From assembly GCA_964016885.1 (NCBI GenBank), contig OZ024748.1, positions 26,908,001-26,972,000 on the forward strand: 64,000 nucleotides of DNA, written 5' to 3'. The stretch is from Eledone cirrhosa. Its lineage: Eukaryota. The notes under the pieces were generated by a model. It had not been told where the DNA came from. It saw only the letters and a list, made by a program, of their open reading frames with translations, and made no database searches. Within the stretch, counting starts at the first letter, position 1. Each line of letters opens with the position of its first letter. Position numbers and translations under genes: made by a program. Below are positions 38,156 through 51,040 of this stretch, in pieces.

Positions 38156-38444
38156 GTAAGTTATTGTTTGTATTACTAATTAGCTCTGAAGGATAGACAT
38201 ACATGCATACATACAAACATTCAGAACATACAATTATACATGCATACATACATACACACATCCACCATACACAAATATATACATGCATACACACATCCAC
38301 AAATATATACATACATACACACATCCACAATACACATACATAAATATATACATACATACACATACCTAATGTATACCTACCAACAATTATACAACACTTT
38401 ATTCCTAGTTAATCTGTACATTGATTCCATCATTCTTGTTACAG

Positions 38445-38606
38445 AAACCCTATGTATGTAAGGCCCCTAACTGTACAAAGCGCTACACAGACCCCAGTTC
38501 ACTGAGGAAACATGTAAAGACAGTGCATGGTCCTGAGTTTTATGCCAACAAGAAGCACAAAGGCAACGAACATGGCCATTGTAATCCCAAAACAGAACCT
38601 GATCAT
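38445..38606 (+). CDS. GLI: Gli/Ci coding exon K: ZF5 and basic NLS-like segment
   Basis: [40 protein letters not shown]; ttacag acceptor and gtgagt donor. Confidence 0.98.
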
Positions 38607-38654
38607 GTGAGTAAATTACAGCCATTTTGGAGACGGGTATATTTTTGTAGTTGT

Positions 38655-38958
38655 TAAGATTTAGTATCTTTTGGTCGTTTTGGAAGCCTCAACAATGCAG
38701 ATGGGTAATTCTCCGGGTAACAGGATCCGGTGGTGAAGAGAGAGATGTAAGGGAATGTAGAATGTGGTGTATAGTGTGTAGAGGAACGTAGGAAAGAGCG
38801 TAAAAATAAAAATGCTCTTTCCTACATTCCTCTACACACTATACATCATATTCTACACTCCCTTACATCTCTCTCTTCACCACCGGATCCTGTTACCTGG
38901 AGATTTACCCATCTGCATTGTTGAGGCTTCCAAAACGACCAAAAGATACTAAATCTTA
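38655..38958. repeat. Long inverted repeat (~147-bp arms, 10-nt loop)
   Basis: taagatttagtatcttttggtcg...ggaaagagcgt / atgctctttcc...cgaccaaaagatactaaatctta, with 7 substitutions by my alignment. Confidence 0.95.
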
Positions 38959-39480
38959 TTATTCCACAATGCTTCAAGCAAACTTCAATACTCTCTTTGT
39001 AGTTGTTGTGTAAGTTGTGTTAATGTGTGTATTTGTTGTTTATGTTAATGTTGTTGTTGTTGTGTTAATGTTTGTGTGTATGAGAGAGAGAGAGATGACT
39101 CCAGTACTTGACTGGAATTTTGTTTTTCTTGACCTTGAAAGGAGGAAAGGCAAAGTTGACCTTGGCAGGATTTGATCTCAGAGCCATAGACAACTGAAAC
39201 AAGGCATTCTATCTAATTTTCTAACAGCTCTGCCAGTTTGCCACCTAGGGTCAATATGATCAACTAAATCTCTTGAAGGAAGTGCTCCAGCATGGTCACA
39301 GTTAAATGTTTGAAAGCAGTAAAATATAATGCTCCAGCATGGTCACAGTCCAATGTTTGAAACCAGTAAAAGAAGAAAAGATTTCCTCATGAAACTTTAA
39401 AAATTCTTTTTTTTTTTACAATGTGTTTTCCTTTATAATTTAATTTCTCTATTTTCCCATCTTTGATTCTGATACTTCAG

Positions 39481-39582
39481 AATAAAGAGTACAAAGACGA
39501 TGGAAATAACAAAAAAGTTGAGGATTGTTTAACTGTGACATCTCTTCAAGTGGCTTCCTCATCACACCGGAGAAAATCAAGA
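39481..39582 (+). CDS. GLI: Gli/Ci coding exon L (phase 0-0)
   Basis: cttcag acceptor and gtgagt donor. Encodes NKEYKDDGNNKKVEDCLTVTSLQVASSSHRRKSR. Confidence 0.85.
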
Positions 39583-40911
39583 GTGAGTTTGCTCTTTTCT
39601 TTACTATATTTCTAATGAAAACAGACTACCTATGGTTTTCTAATGAAAACAGACTACCTATGGTTTTCAAATAATTTTGAAATTAATTAAGAATTTGGAG
39701 GGTTCAGTGATATAAATAGTAGATTAGGAGTGGTAACTGTTTTATTTTGATGTTATACAGAATAAATCTAAACCATGCCAAAAATGTAACGTTTGTGGAG
39801 GACAGTGGCTCTGATTAACTCTGTGACGACCTGTCCAATCCATCGACCGCGAAAGGAAAGAAAAGCAAAGCAAAGTTGACCTAGAAAAGGGGCGACAACT
39901 CTTACATATCTCTAATCAGTGTATATAAATTTTAAGATCAGGGGAAGTAATTCTAATCCTCACTAATTAGTTTGTGACACTGATTTTCTCACGTTAAAAG
40001 GTAGTAAAATCGTAATAATTGTTTCTACTTTTGGCACACGGCCAGCAATTATCCCAGTGTATTACTGGTACTTTATTTTATCGACCCCGTAAGGATGAAA
40101 GGTAAAGTCAACCTCGTCGACATTTGAACTCAAATCATAAAGGGCCGTAACTCTTTGCTGGAAAGCATCGTGTCCGACCCTCTACAGATACTGCCAATCC
40201 GTAATAATGAGTTCCATTATTTTACATTCTGAATCTCACCGGGACCAACTATGTCTCTTTATGTCTCAGGAGAGGGTAGTGGTTGTTACTGACCATTGTC
40301 AATAAAATAAGTACCAGTGATATAATGGTGTTTTATAGACTTTTATAGACACCCTGGATAAATATGTAATATAAATAAAGCTAAACAGCATTATCAGTTA
40401 TAACCACCACCACCACCACCACCACCATCAACAACACCACTACTGCCGCCATTACCACTGCCACTACTATTACAACTATCAAAATCATCACCATTATCAT
40501 CACCACCACCACCACCACCACAACAATAAACATAAAAGAATAGCTAAGGCAATGTCTGCTCATTTCCAAATACCCCATCTCACCTGTAAACCCTAAACCT
40601 AACCCCCTCTCTTCTGCGACACCAGAGCTCTTGCCATCCCCTCCTCTCCCCTTCTTTTTCTTCTTTCTTTTTTTTTTCTATATTTCCCTATTCTCCCCCC
40701 CCCCCTCTTTTTTTCTTATTAAATAAGGTTTGTTTTTTGCTTTGGAATAAATTCATTTATTTGCGAGAGTAGATGCAGTAAAACATTGTAAAATCAACCA
40801 TTATGACCACTGTCATCTATCTCTATATATATCACCTCTCCTCCTCCATTGCAGGATACAATGTCTTCTATTTCTATATATATGTATATATCGCCTCCTT
40901 CTCCATTGCAG

Positions 40912-41109
40912 GATACAATGAGTTCTTCAACTGGACCAAGCCATCAGTTATCTCCTGACAGCAGTCCTGAAGTAAATGTTACCTGTAGCACTGACCTTCA
41001 TAATGATCTAATTGAAGAGCAGATTTCAGGTGGGCCACAGATAAGTAGTACAGTGAACACAGACACTCTAGAGGAGGAAGTTGATATCCCAGATGCTGAT
41101 GAGGCAGAT
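40912..41109 (+). CDS. GLI: Gli/Ci coding exon M (phase 0-0; alternative acceptor possible at 40855)
   Basis: ccattgcag acceptor and gtaagt donor. Encodes DTMSSSTGPSHQLSPDSSPE...DADEAD. Confidence 0.85.
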
Positions 41110-42048
41110 GTAAGTAAAAATAATCATCATTTAATGTCTGCTTTTCCTGCTAGTAAGGCTTGGACATTTTCTAACTACATCAAGCATTAAACTTATATAT
41201 TTCTTCATTGTACTGTGTCATCTGCTTTATTTGTTTAATTAGTAGGAGGGAAAGCGGATGTTAAATGATGATGATGAGGATATATATATATCTTTCGACC
41301 CTTTGTTTGGCATGATTTCTATGGCTAGATGCCCTTCCTATCACCAATCAGTTTACAGATTGTACGGGGGTGTGTTTTATTATGACACTAATATCATTAC
41401 CATTTACTGCGTATTTACCATGATTGTACAGATTACACAAGTGTTCATGTACTGAGGGCTAGACTGGTCAGATGACCACGTCTTACTTGTACACACTGTT
41501 TCTAATTTTGTTTCTATGGCTAGATGTTATTCGTATAGCCAATGCTATGTCTTGACCAAAGAGCTGCCGAATCACAAGTAGCCAGAAAATTGATAATGTA
41601 CCTGTAGTATATAAGCCACAGCAGAATATCAACACCGATATGATATAAACGTTAGCTGGCTGTCAAATACCCTGTCAATTCAGTCATCTACAACAGACCT
41701 TCCCATGGTTGGGATTCTGACTAAAGTTAAGAAATCTTATTTAATCTTATTTTCTGGCTTTCGGATCATTATTTGATGGTTATTGCAGTTTTTCCTGCAA
41801 AATATAAATCATTGTGATGGTACATTTAAAAACAAATCCACAAATTTAAAATTTAATAATGACTACACTGAAAAATTCTGTCATATTAAAATAATGGTTT
41901 CTGGTTTAGGTACAAGACCAACAAATTTGGGAGAGGGGATAGTTGATTAAATTGACCCCAGTGCATTACTGTCATATTAAAATAATGAGAATGAATTTCT
42001 TTCACCAAATACGGTGGAGCTAATTTCTTTTAAAAGGGTGATGATAGT

Positions 42049-42223
42049 TTAACCCTTTAGTATTTCCATTAGTCTGTTTATTATTGTATTTTCACAGTAT
42101 AGGCTTTACTCATATATCGAAGCTACGATATTTTGATAATATTATTTAAAATAAGCTGGTTGGAACAGAAAGAGGTGAAAGAATTCTGGCCAGATACAGC
42201 TGGTTTAAATGCTAAAGGGTTAA
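42049..42223. mobile_element. piggyBac-like MITE
   Basis: TTAA-ccctttagtattt...aaatgctaaaggg-TTAA. Confidence 0.8.
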
Positions 42224-42359
42224 GAAGTTTGGGAAGACCTGGTCTACAGTGCACATTATGTAAAATAAACAATCTGAAACTAATACTAGAATTGATTCAG
42301 TGATAGCTGTGGATTTTATTAAAAAGAAATATATTCAGTTTTATTTATTTCTTCATCAG

Positions 42360-42501
42360 ATTCCTTGGCAAAATGCTTTGGTGGCCCGAACTAACCGTCT
42401 CAATTCTGCCAGGAACATCAACTCAAAGCTGAAAGGAAGAGTTCTAAATAAAACTCCAGCTATGTCCATTCTTCCTGAACTGCCAAATGTAATGAATAAT
42501 G
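42360..42501 (+). CDS. GLI: Gli/Ci coding exon N (phase 0-1)
   Basis: cttcatcag acceptor and g|gtaaga donor. Encodes IPWQNALVARTNRLNSARN...LPELPNVMNN. Confidence 0.82.
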
Positions 42502-43192
42502 GTAAGATTTAAACATTTATCTCCTGGATGGGCAACATTGCCTTCAAGTCCAGTTCTGTGTAACCAGATAATCAACTATAATAATAGCAAATGTTTGAAT
42601 ATTTATCTATTTGTCTATCACTCACTGAAAGGGAGATAACTGGGCAAGGAAGGGGTGGTGACAAACTATAGAAAACAGTGACCAGTGTTCTAAGATTTCT
42701 TACATTTGTGTATGTATATATTGGCTACACACATTGGTTATTATTATTGTGTTAGTGTTTGTGTGAATATATTTATACTTGTGTGTTTATATTTATACCT
42801 GTGTGAGTGTATGTGTTTGTGTTTATATTACCTGTGTGAGCATGTGTTTGTGTTTATATCACTTGTGTGAGTGTATGTGTGTTTGTGTGTTTATATCACC
42901 TGTGTGAGTATGTGTGTCTATATTTATACATGTGTGAGTATGTGTGTGTTTATATCGCTAGTGTGAGTATATGTGTGATGTGTGAATATATTTATACTTG
43001 TGTGAGTGTTTCTGTGTTTATATTTATATACTCATACATATAAATGAATACATAAGCACACCAAGATATTATCTTGGTTATCTATGCTAGTTGCAGATAG
43101 TTTATCCACATAGAAGTTTGTAATAAAAGAATTATTAAACTAAACACTTGGTTTTGTACCCTTTTTGTATAGCTGTCATTTTTGACAGCACG

Positions 43193-43665
43193 AAAAGCCA
43201 AACTCATTATATTCAATTCAGTATTCGTGCCAACTCTTTCCTATAGTCATGAATCTTGGGTAACGACCAAAAGAATACAATCGCGAATACAAGTGGCTGA
43301 AATGGGGATTCCTCTGAAGGGTTGTTGGAGTAACGTTACTCGATTGAGTGTATAGCTCAGAGATCAGAGAGTCACTCCAGGTAGAGCGCTACTTTTCTGA
43401 ATTGAGAGATTACAGCTCCAATCCTATGGGCATGTGGTTAGAATGTCTCAGGAAAGAATTGCTGGACATATTTTATGGACAAAACCAACCAGCAGGAGAC
43501 CCAGAAGTAGACCCCCAAGCAAGATGGTTGGATAACATCCACGAGCTTGGTCTCTCTTGGGTATCCAGCTAGATCAGTTGGAGATTGTTGCTTCTGACAG
43601 AACTCGCTGGAAGGAGTGTTTAAGGAGCCCCACCACCACGACCCATTCAAGAAGAAGAAGAAAGA
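43193..43665 (+). mobile_element. Second RTE family 3' fragment with (GAA)n tail
   Basis: Reverse-complement relative of 34093-34556 (catgaatcttgggtaa..., tatgggcatgtggttagaat). Confidence 0.85.
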
Positions 43666-43886
43666 AAAGCAGCAGCTTCAAATTCTTCCTTATTTTCAAA
43701 ACTTGTTATATTTGAATATCCTAACACGAATGTGTTAACATGAACATATTGAAAGAGAGAGACTCAAATTAGCTATGATACATTCCAACCTTGCCATCAC
43801 CAACCACCAATTTTATGTCCATTTTTCCATGCCTGTATGGCTTATGTTGGTGATATCATTGTTATTATCATTGTTGTTATCACTAG

Positions 43887-43994
43887 GTAACCGTCGATGT
43901 AATGGTCACACACAATTGACGATAGCTGATTTATCAAACAAAATACCACAGATTAAGAATAATCCACAACATAAAAGGATAGCTGATCTTACTG
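43887..43994 (+). CDS. GLI: Gli/Ci coding exon O (phase 1-1)
   Basis: cactag acceptor and g|gtaatt donor. Open frame NRRCNGHTQLTIADLSNKIPQIK... The exon is symmetric, so phase alone does not require it. Confidence 0.7.
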
Positions 43995-44346
43995 GTAATT
44001 AACATTTGCTTTTATTTATTCATTTTTCCTTTACTGGCTTCAGCTCTTGGACTACGGTCATGCTGGGGCACTCACTACCTTCAAAGGTTTTTAGTTTATT
44101 AATATTGAGACTAAACCAGCAAGTTGGCAATGTCATTATAGCGACAGATGAAAAATGTCTCAGTATTTGTTGAGTCAAATCCTGCCGAGGTCAACTTAGC
44201 TTTTCACCCATTTGAGGTCAATTATTAAAGTATCAGTCCAGTCCAGTCCTGGAGACAATTCCTTCTTTATCCTTTTTCTCTTTGTCCCTCTTTCTTTCTC
44301 TCTTTCTCTTGAATAAATTAGCTGTGTTCTGACCTGGTGATTCCAC

Positions 44347-44390
<44 letters not shown>

Positions 44391-44630
44391 GTTTTGAAGT
44401 GTCTTAATTGTAAATGTGTGTGTGTGAGTGTGTGTGCATGTGTTGAAGTGTCTTAATTTTAAGTGCGTGTGTGTGTGTGTGTGTGCATGTGTTGAAGTGT
44501 CTTAATTTTAAGTGTGTGTATTTATGTTTGTGTGAAAGAGAGAGAGAGTGTGTGTGTGTTGGGGTGTCTTAATTCTACTTACATCAGATATTTAAATCAA
44601 ACTATTTCCTACTTTTCTCTTGTTCTATAG

Positions 44631-46963
44631 GGCGCCAAGACCTTTACAACACTTTGGTAAATCCAGCAGTTCGCAGGGACAGCAACACAAGCAGTACGAG
44701 TTCCTACATGAGTAGCATGCGCTCTGAAAACAGTCCATACCCCTACGGAAGTGTGGGCAGTCAGTTTTCTAGCCGAAGGTCAAGTGATTCATCACAGTTC
44801 TCTACACACCTCAGCATTACAAACTCTCCATACGAGTATGACATCACTGGAAACCTACCGATGAGCTCTCGTCGGTCAAGTGGTGAATGCAGCAATATTG
44901 GTAACATGACTGCACAGCTGCAGAAGGCGTCCCTGGGTAGCCAGACAAATCTCTTGAACAGCAACAACATGAGGAATAAATACCAAAATGAGAGGTTGGC
45001 AAGGTTCTTTGCCACGAGACGGGAGAATGATGGAGCAAGAACGAGTACGCCTTCTCGAACACCTTTGCCTCATGAAATACCAAATAGAGAAATTCGAAGG
45101 GCAAGTGACCCCGTTCGCACTGCGGACCCTAATTTTGCTGCACTCAAGTCATTGCAAAGGTTCCACAGTTTAAATATGGTACGACCCCTTCCAATACCGA
45201 ATAACATGAAGAGCCTGTTGAGTAAGACAAACTCCATGAATACTTTTAACTCTTCTCGTAGCAGCATTGCAACGGATTACAGCATTGCCGAGGACCAGGA
45301 GAGTGGCATTGGTGTTGCCATGGATACTGTAGATAATGAAGCCTTATTGGAAGAGAACATGCTCGAAGATAACGAAGATATCATCATTCCAGATGACATG
45401 CAGAAGTTCTTGAATGAACGTTATGGTGTTTATTCCATATTTCCTCTGAGCAATGGCCTAGTGAATGGTGGGGTTGGGGAGTGCAATGACATCGCTAATG
45501 TTGCTAACAACAACAACAACAATAATAATAATAATAACAATAATAATAGTAATAATGGCAATGGCAGGGATGTGAACCTCTCACCCATGCATGCACCTTC
45601 ACAACACTATCTGGCAAACCAAGATCAAGGTACAACGAACAATCAAACATCCAACACGTGTACAACACAGAACAACAATGCACCACAAGGGCCAGTCTAT
45701 GGTATAGGTCAGAGCTATTTGGCCAACGGCCTTAATCAAGGAATGGCCTATTCTGCTGAACAGATCATGGCAATGTCTGGGAACGGCAATGGTAATAATT
45801 CCTCATCTGCTGCACTGCAAGCTAGCATGGCTCAGATGCAACGATGGAATGCTACAACACAGAACTTTAACCAAGCCAATAATTCTGCTCTGCCAGCAAT
45901 CTCAGGAAATTCTCCCTCAGCAACGCAACCATATGGAATGAACATAGCAAATCTTCAGCAAAACTCTGGTGTTCTTGACCAGAATTTAATAACTCAGCCT
46001 CTCAATAGTCAGTGGATGATGTCTCAGGGAGTTAAGGGTGGCATGGAATCAAGGAACCAGCAGCAGCAACAACATCAACAGGCTTATAGTAGTAGTTCTC
46101 CAAATAATAATATTCTTAAATTACCACCCCTCCCTGCTCAGAAACCAGAACGCAAAAGTCCACAGGTTCAAGTACCTCACATCAGTCAATCCCAAATCCC
46201 CGCTCGGGCAAAAGCTATCAATCGAAGCCAACACAGTATTAGGCAACAACAACTGCAACAACAACAAATGCTATCTAATAACCGCAGCAGTGTCCCTCCC
46301 CAACAAGGAATGTATAGCACTTCAAACCCTTACAATCAAGCACTGCCTAACGTACACTCAAACCTTTATGTGCAACAGCAAGTTGCTAATAATGCAGCTG
46401 GTTGCCTGCAACCTCATCCACCTCCCGGTCCCCCACCAACAGCCAATTATGCACCAAACACTAACGTCATGTCGTCGCCGTCCACGCAGCAGCAGATTGC
46501 ACCTGTAGTACCATCTACAGTGATGTACAATCAAAGTCAAACCAATCCAACTGTCTCAGCCCTTCTTGGTCGACCGAGCTGCCAACTCGGAAATGAACAG
46601 GTTCAGGTACAAGTACAGAACTCATTCCCCAGTACTCTTGAAATGTCACCAGGTTGTAACCAAGTGACAAGCTCAACAGACAAGGCAAGGAACCCTTCAG
46701 AGCCTCCTATTGAAGATTTCATGGACAATATAAACTCAATATCAACAGAAAACTTGATAGATAACATAACATCTTTATCAGCGGAAAACAATAGCCGTCA
46801 CCTTCTTTACAGTCCGTCCAATTTAGCTAACAGTCGAATGTCTCAAGCATCCCGTTATACGAATATGTCTCTGTTGAGTACTGACAATATGGTGGTTAAT
46901 GACATGAGTTCAGTCCTTACTCAGTTAGCTGAAGAAAATAAGTTCCTTCACATGAGGCCTTAA
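44631..46963 (+). CDS. GLI: Gli/Ci terminal coding exon: PKA/GSK3/CK1 cluster, N/Q-rich activation domain, conserved C-terminus
   Basis: ttctatag acceptor. Encodes RRDS, RRSS, RRSS, RRASDPVR, QRFHS and DIIIPDDMQKFL, ending NMVVNDMSSVLTQLAEENKFLHMRP*. Confidence 0.97.
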
Positions 46964-47017
46964 TTTGTACAAAAAACAAAAAAAAAAAGGAATTGAAAAA
47001 ACAAACAAAATGAAAAA

Positions 47018-47146
47018 TGCTCACCCTCCACTCTATGTCTGAGTGTTCTCTCAAGTAATGCTCAGCCTCCACTCTATATCTGAGTGTTCTCTCAAGTAAT
47101 GCTCAGCCTCCACTATGACTGAGTGTTCCCTCAAGTAATGCTCAGC
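47018..47146. repeat. ~41-bp tandem repeat (x3) in the proximal Gli 3'UTR
   Basis: Unit atgctcagcctccactctatRtctgagtgttctctcaagta. Confidence 0.85.
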
Positions 47147-49199
47147 ACATTCATGTACAATTAGGAGTTCTTATGTAAAACGAAAAATGCTCATCCCTTT
47201 TTTATATACGAGTTCTCTTATGTAACATGAGCTCAGAGCACACACACATATATATATATGAGTTCTTGAGAGAAGCCTTCATTTGTAAAAAAAAAAAAGA
47301 ATACTCATTTTAACTAATTTGCCTTACAGCCACATTTTTCTGGCCTCTCATATCTTCAACATATCCTACCAGCAATGCACAATATATCAACACACATACA
47401 CACACACATATATGATGGTCTTTGATCAAAGCTCTCTGTTTACTGAGTTGTCTTTCTTTGGTTCGCTGAGCTCTTCTCACGAGAAGAGATTAACCCCCTC
47501 AAAAAAAACACAAATGGACTTTGATTAGTCGTTTTTTTTTAATTCACTTATTTTTCTTTGTCCCCTCACACACTTAGTTTTTTGCTTTTGTTAAATCTCC
47601 CCCACAATTTTTTTCGTCTGCATGATATTTCACATCCTACATTTACTTTTTTTTCTACAAAGGGCAAAAAAGCTGCCATGTAATTAAGTCCTTGCCTGTC
47701 TTGTAAACAAGCTCAGAATTGTATAGAATCACACCTAATTAGCAATTTGTTATGGTGCAGCAGGTGTACCAGAACTCTTCACTGAATCACCTTAAACTGA
47801 CTTGGCAAGTCCTGGCTCAATTAACACAGCCTTGTAATTCATGGATCAGTTATGAGTCTTTCAATCCCTAGCTCAATTAAGATGGCCTTGCAATTCATGA
47901 ATCAGTTAAGACGTAATACATGGATTAATTACATCCATAGATTTCTTGGATCAATTCCTGGTTGAAAGGTCAAACCACATTGGACATTTGAACTCTGAAC
48001 TAAGTCTGGCTCAGAAATAAAATGCTCTAAACTAGATTCATGGTGTTTTTACAGATTTAAACTTCCTGATCTAGTATCAGAAAGATAGCTAGATAGGCAG
48101 ATAAAGAAATAGATAGATAAAGAGATAGATAGATAGGCAGATAAAGAAATAGATATATTTCTTTATTTGCCACAAGGGCGCACAAGATAAAAAAATAGAT
48201 AGATAGCTAGATAGGCAAGTAAAGAAATAGATAAATAGATAAACAGATAGACAGATTATTGAAGTGGAGGGTTACTCTGCTGTTTGATCCTCATACAGAA
48301 GTTTAGGATTTCAAGTTCGAATCCGACTATTGGGAATGATAAACTAAGTCTCAGTTGTATCTATTGGAATAAAGACAGTTAAGGATGATTAGTTCTTTCT
48401 ACAATGGAGTAAAAAGTAAAAGTTAAGTATTACTCTACACTCTGTTGTGGCCATCATCATTATTACATACAAAGTACATTATGAACATTTTCTAATATGA
48501 TTCATTCATTTGTTTGTTTCTAAGATATTGTTGTTATTTGTTATCAATATATGTGATTGTGTGTGTTTTTCTATACGTGTGTGTTTGTATATATATATGT
48601 TTGCGTGTGTGTGAATGCTTGTATATATGTGTTTGAATGTGCATGTATGTATGCTTGCGTTTGTGTGTATTTGTAAATAACGACTTTCTCAGGTTTTAAA
48701 AAGTAAAATAAAATCAGTTTCCAATGATTGTATTAGGAAAAATAAAAAAAGATCCTGCTACCCAACTCACACACACACACACACACAGAGACAGACTGAA
48801 AAATCATTTCCAATATCCCTTAAAACATCCTTTTTTTTATAAAACCCCTTACCACATTATTTAAAACATCCTTTACAATCCCTCTCTGTTCAAGTAAGGT
48901 ATCTCACAAAAACATTGTATTAAAATATTCCATCATTGTTTTAAAATATCCCTTAAATGTCACCCTAAAGAAAGTGCCTGGATGGTCACAATGAATTTCT
49001 TTCATGGGGCCGACCTATAGCTAAACACTAGCAACAAACGTGTGGCCTCCATGTGGTCAGTCAGCCAGCTAGACAAAACAGTTAAATCGTCAAAGTACAC
49101 TGTACTGCCTTTAAAAATAAGGAAGGATACACTGGGTAATGTAAGTCACTGCCTGGTTAAAATTTACAAATACATATGCATACATACATTCATACAAAC

Positions 49200-49238
<39 letters not shown>

Positions 49239-49255
49239 TATATATATATATATAT

Positions 49256-49420
49256 ATCATCATCATCACCGTTTTACATCCATTCTTCCACGCTAGCATG
49301 AGTTAGACGGGTTGTCCTGTTGTGGGCAATACCAGGTCAGGTGACCATGTCTTGCTTATACAGAACTGATTTTGGCTTGATTCCTACAGCTGGATGCCCT
49401 TCCTAACACCGACCTCATTT
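49256..49420 (-). mobile_element. RTE 3'UTR fragment between TA runs
   Basis: Reverse complement of about 4317-4486. Confidence 0.88.
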
Positions 49421-49432
49421 ATATATACATAT

Positions 49433-49471
<39 letters not shown>

Positions 49472-51040
49472 TATACATACATATATATATATACACATAT
49501 ATATACATACACAAATATAATTATACATCATTTGACAAGCTTGATTAAGCTATGAACATTAGGCCATTTAGTGAAGATTGTTTGTGTGTTCATTCATTGT
49601 CATGCATGAGAAGTTTTGTAGAAAACTCCGGCAGTCCAGGGTAAATATTAATTTCATGGTTAGTGTTCCATCACTAAATCACTTCTTCCTTCCTCTCTAT
49701 CTTCTATGTCACCTAATGAGTGCAACAGAATATATAATCAGTGTTTTGTTTAAAGCAGGTCTTTCCAAAGATTTGTATTCGTGACCCCCACCCCATCCTA
49801 CTGTTTCTTTTTTTTTTATATATATATATAAAGAAATTTGTTGTGTCATTATAATATGACAGGATTTTTCAACGGAGATATTATTAAATGTTAAAACTTT
49901 GGGATTTGTTTTTAAATGTACAATCACAAAGTTATATTTTTTTACAGGAAAAAAATTGCAATAACCAGAAAATAATGATTCTAAAGCTAGAATATAAAAT
50001 GAAAAAAATATTTCCCAATTTCACTTGTGACTTAGCCCCTAGTAGGGGAAGGGTACCATGACCATGACTTTGAGAAGCCCCCTTGTAAGGGAGGGGTATC
50101 GTAACCCAAACTTTGGGAAGGCCTGGTTTATAGCAAAGGATTATATTAGTGATAGTTTGTGTCCTTCCTTATACTATTACACCACTACTGTCATTAGGAA
50201 AAGAAAACAGCTGAACCTTAGATACCATTAAGGAAACTATTAGTTGGTTAGTCACAACTCTTGGCGGAATATCCCTGCTTTTCCAGTGTCATAAGGGGCA
50301 GGATTTAAACTCAGAACCCACAGAGCTGGATTAGATTAGACCAGGGAAACTTATATTGGTCTTTCCAATTGCTTGTACTATTTGTCAGTTGGTTGCAAAT
50401 CTAGGCCAAAGTGTCCCTATTATACCATAATAATCACCATCACCACCATTACCAGTCAATACCACTACCTCCACCAGTTTTACAACTGTCACCTCTATAG
50501 CTATCATTTGCAGCTTGCCTTCCTGTGATGTGGGCTGATTACTAAAGTTAGTCTCTCCATTGTGTGAACCTGGGCAAATATTTTGTTTCATAGACCCACT
50601 TGGTAAAACAAAGAGAATACCATAAATATATATATATAAATAAATAATTACAACAGTGACATAAACATATATATATATATATATTCCAGCTTAGGTTGTG
50701 TTAAATCATTTGATGTTAGTGTCAGCCTTGTACAAAGCTGATGATAAACCTTGGTTCAACCAACTCATATTTTAGTAACCAGTAGGTATATAGTGGGATT
50801 ACAGGTACAATACATGTTGTATACCATTATAAAAGAACTAGAACTTGAAGGAAATACCACCCCTCACACACACAACTTTGATCGTTTCATTACCATATTT
50901 GTAATTAATTAGATCTTCCAATTAACTTTTTAAATAATCAAAAATTTAACCAGAATTTATAATATAACTTTCTTGGTATTAAGTTGATGTTTCGAACATA
51001 ATTTAGGTAAAAGTTCTAAATAAAAATTATATTGGTAGGT

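Noticed and set aside
48010-48750. Gli polyadenylation signal
   Set aside because: Several AATAAA hexamers in AT-rich sequence; the true 3' end cannot be chosen without RNA data.
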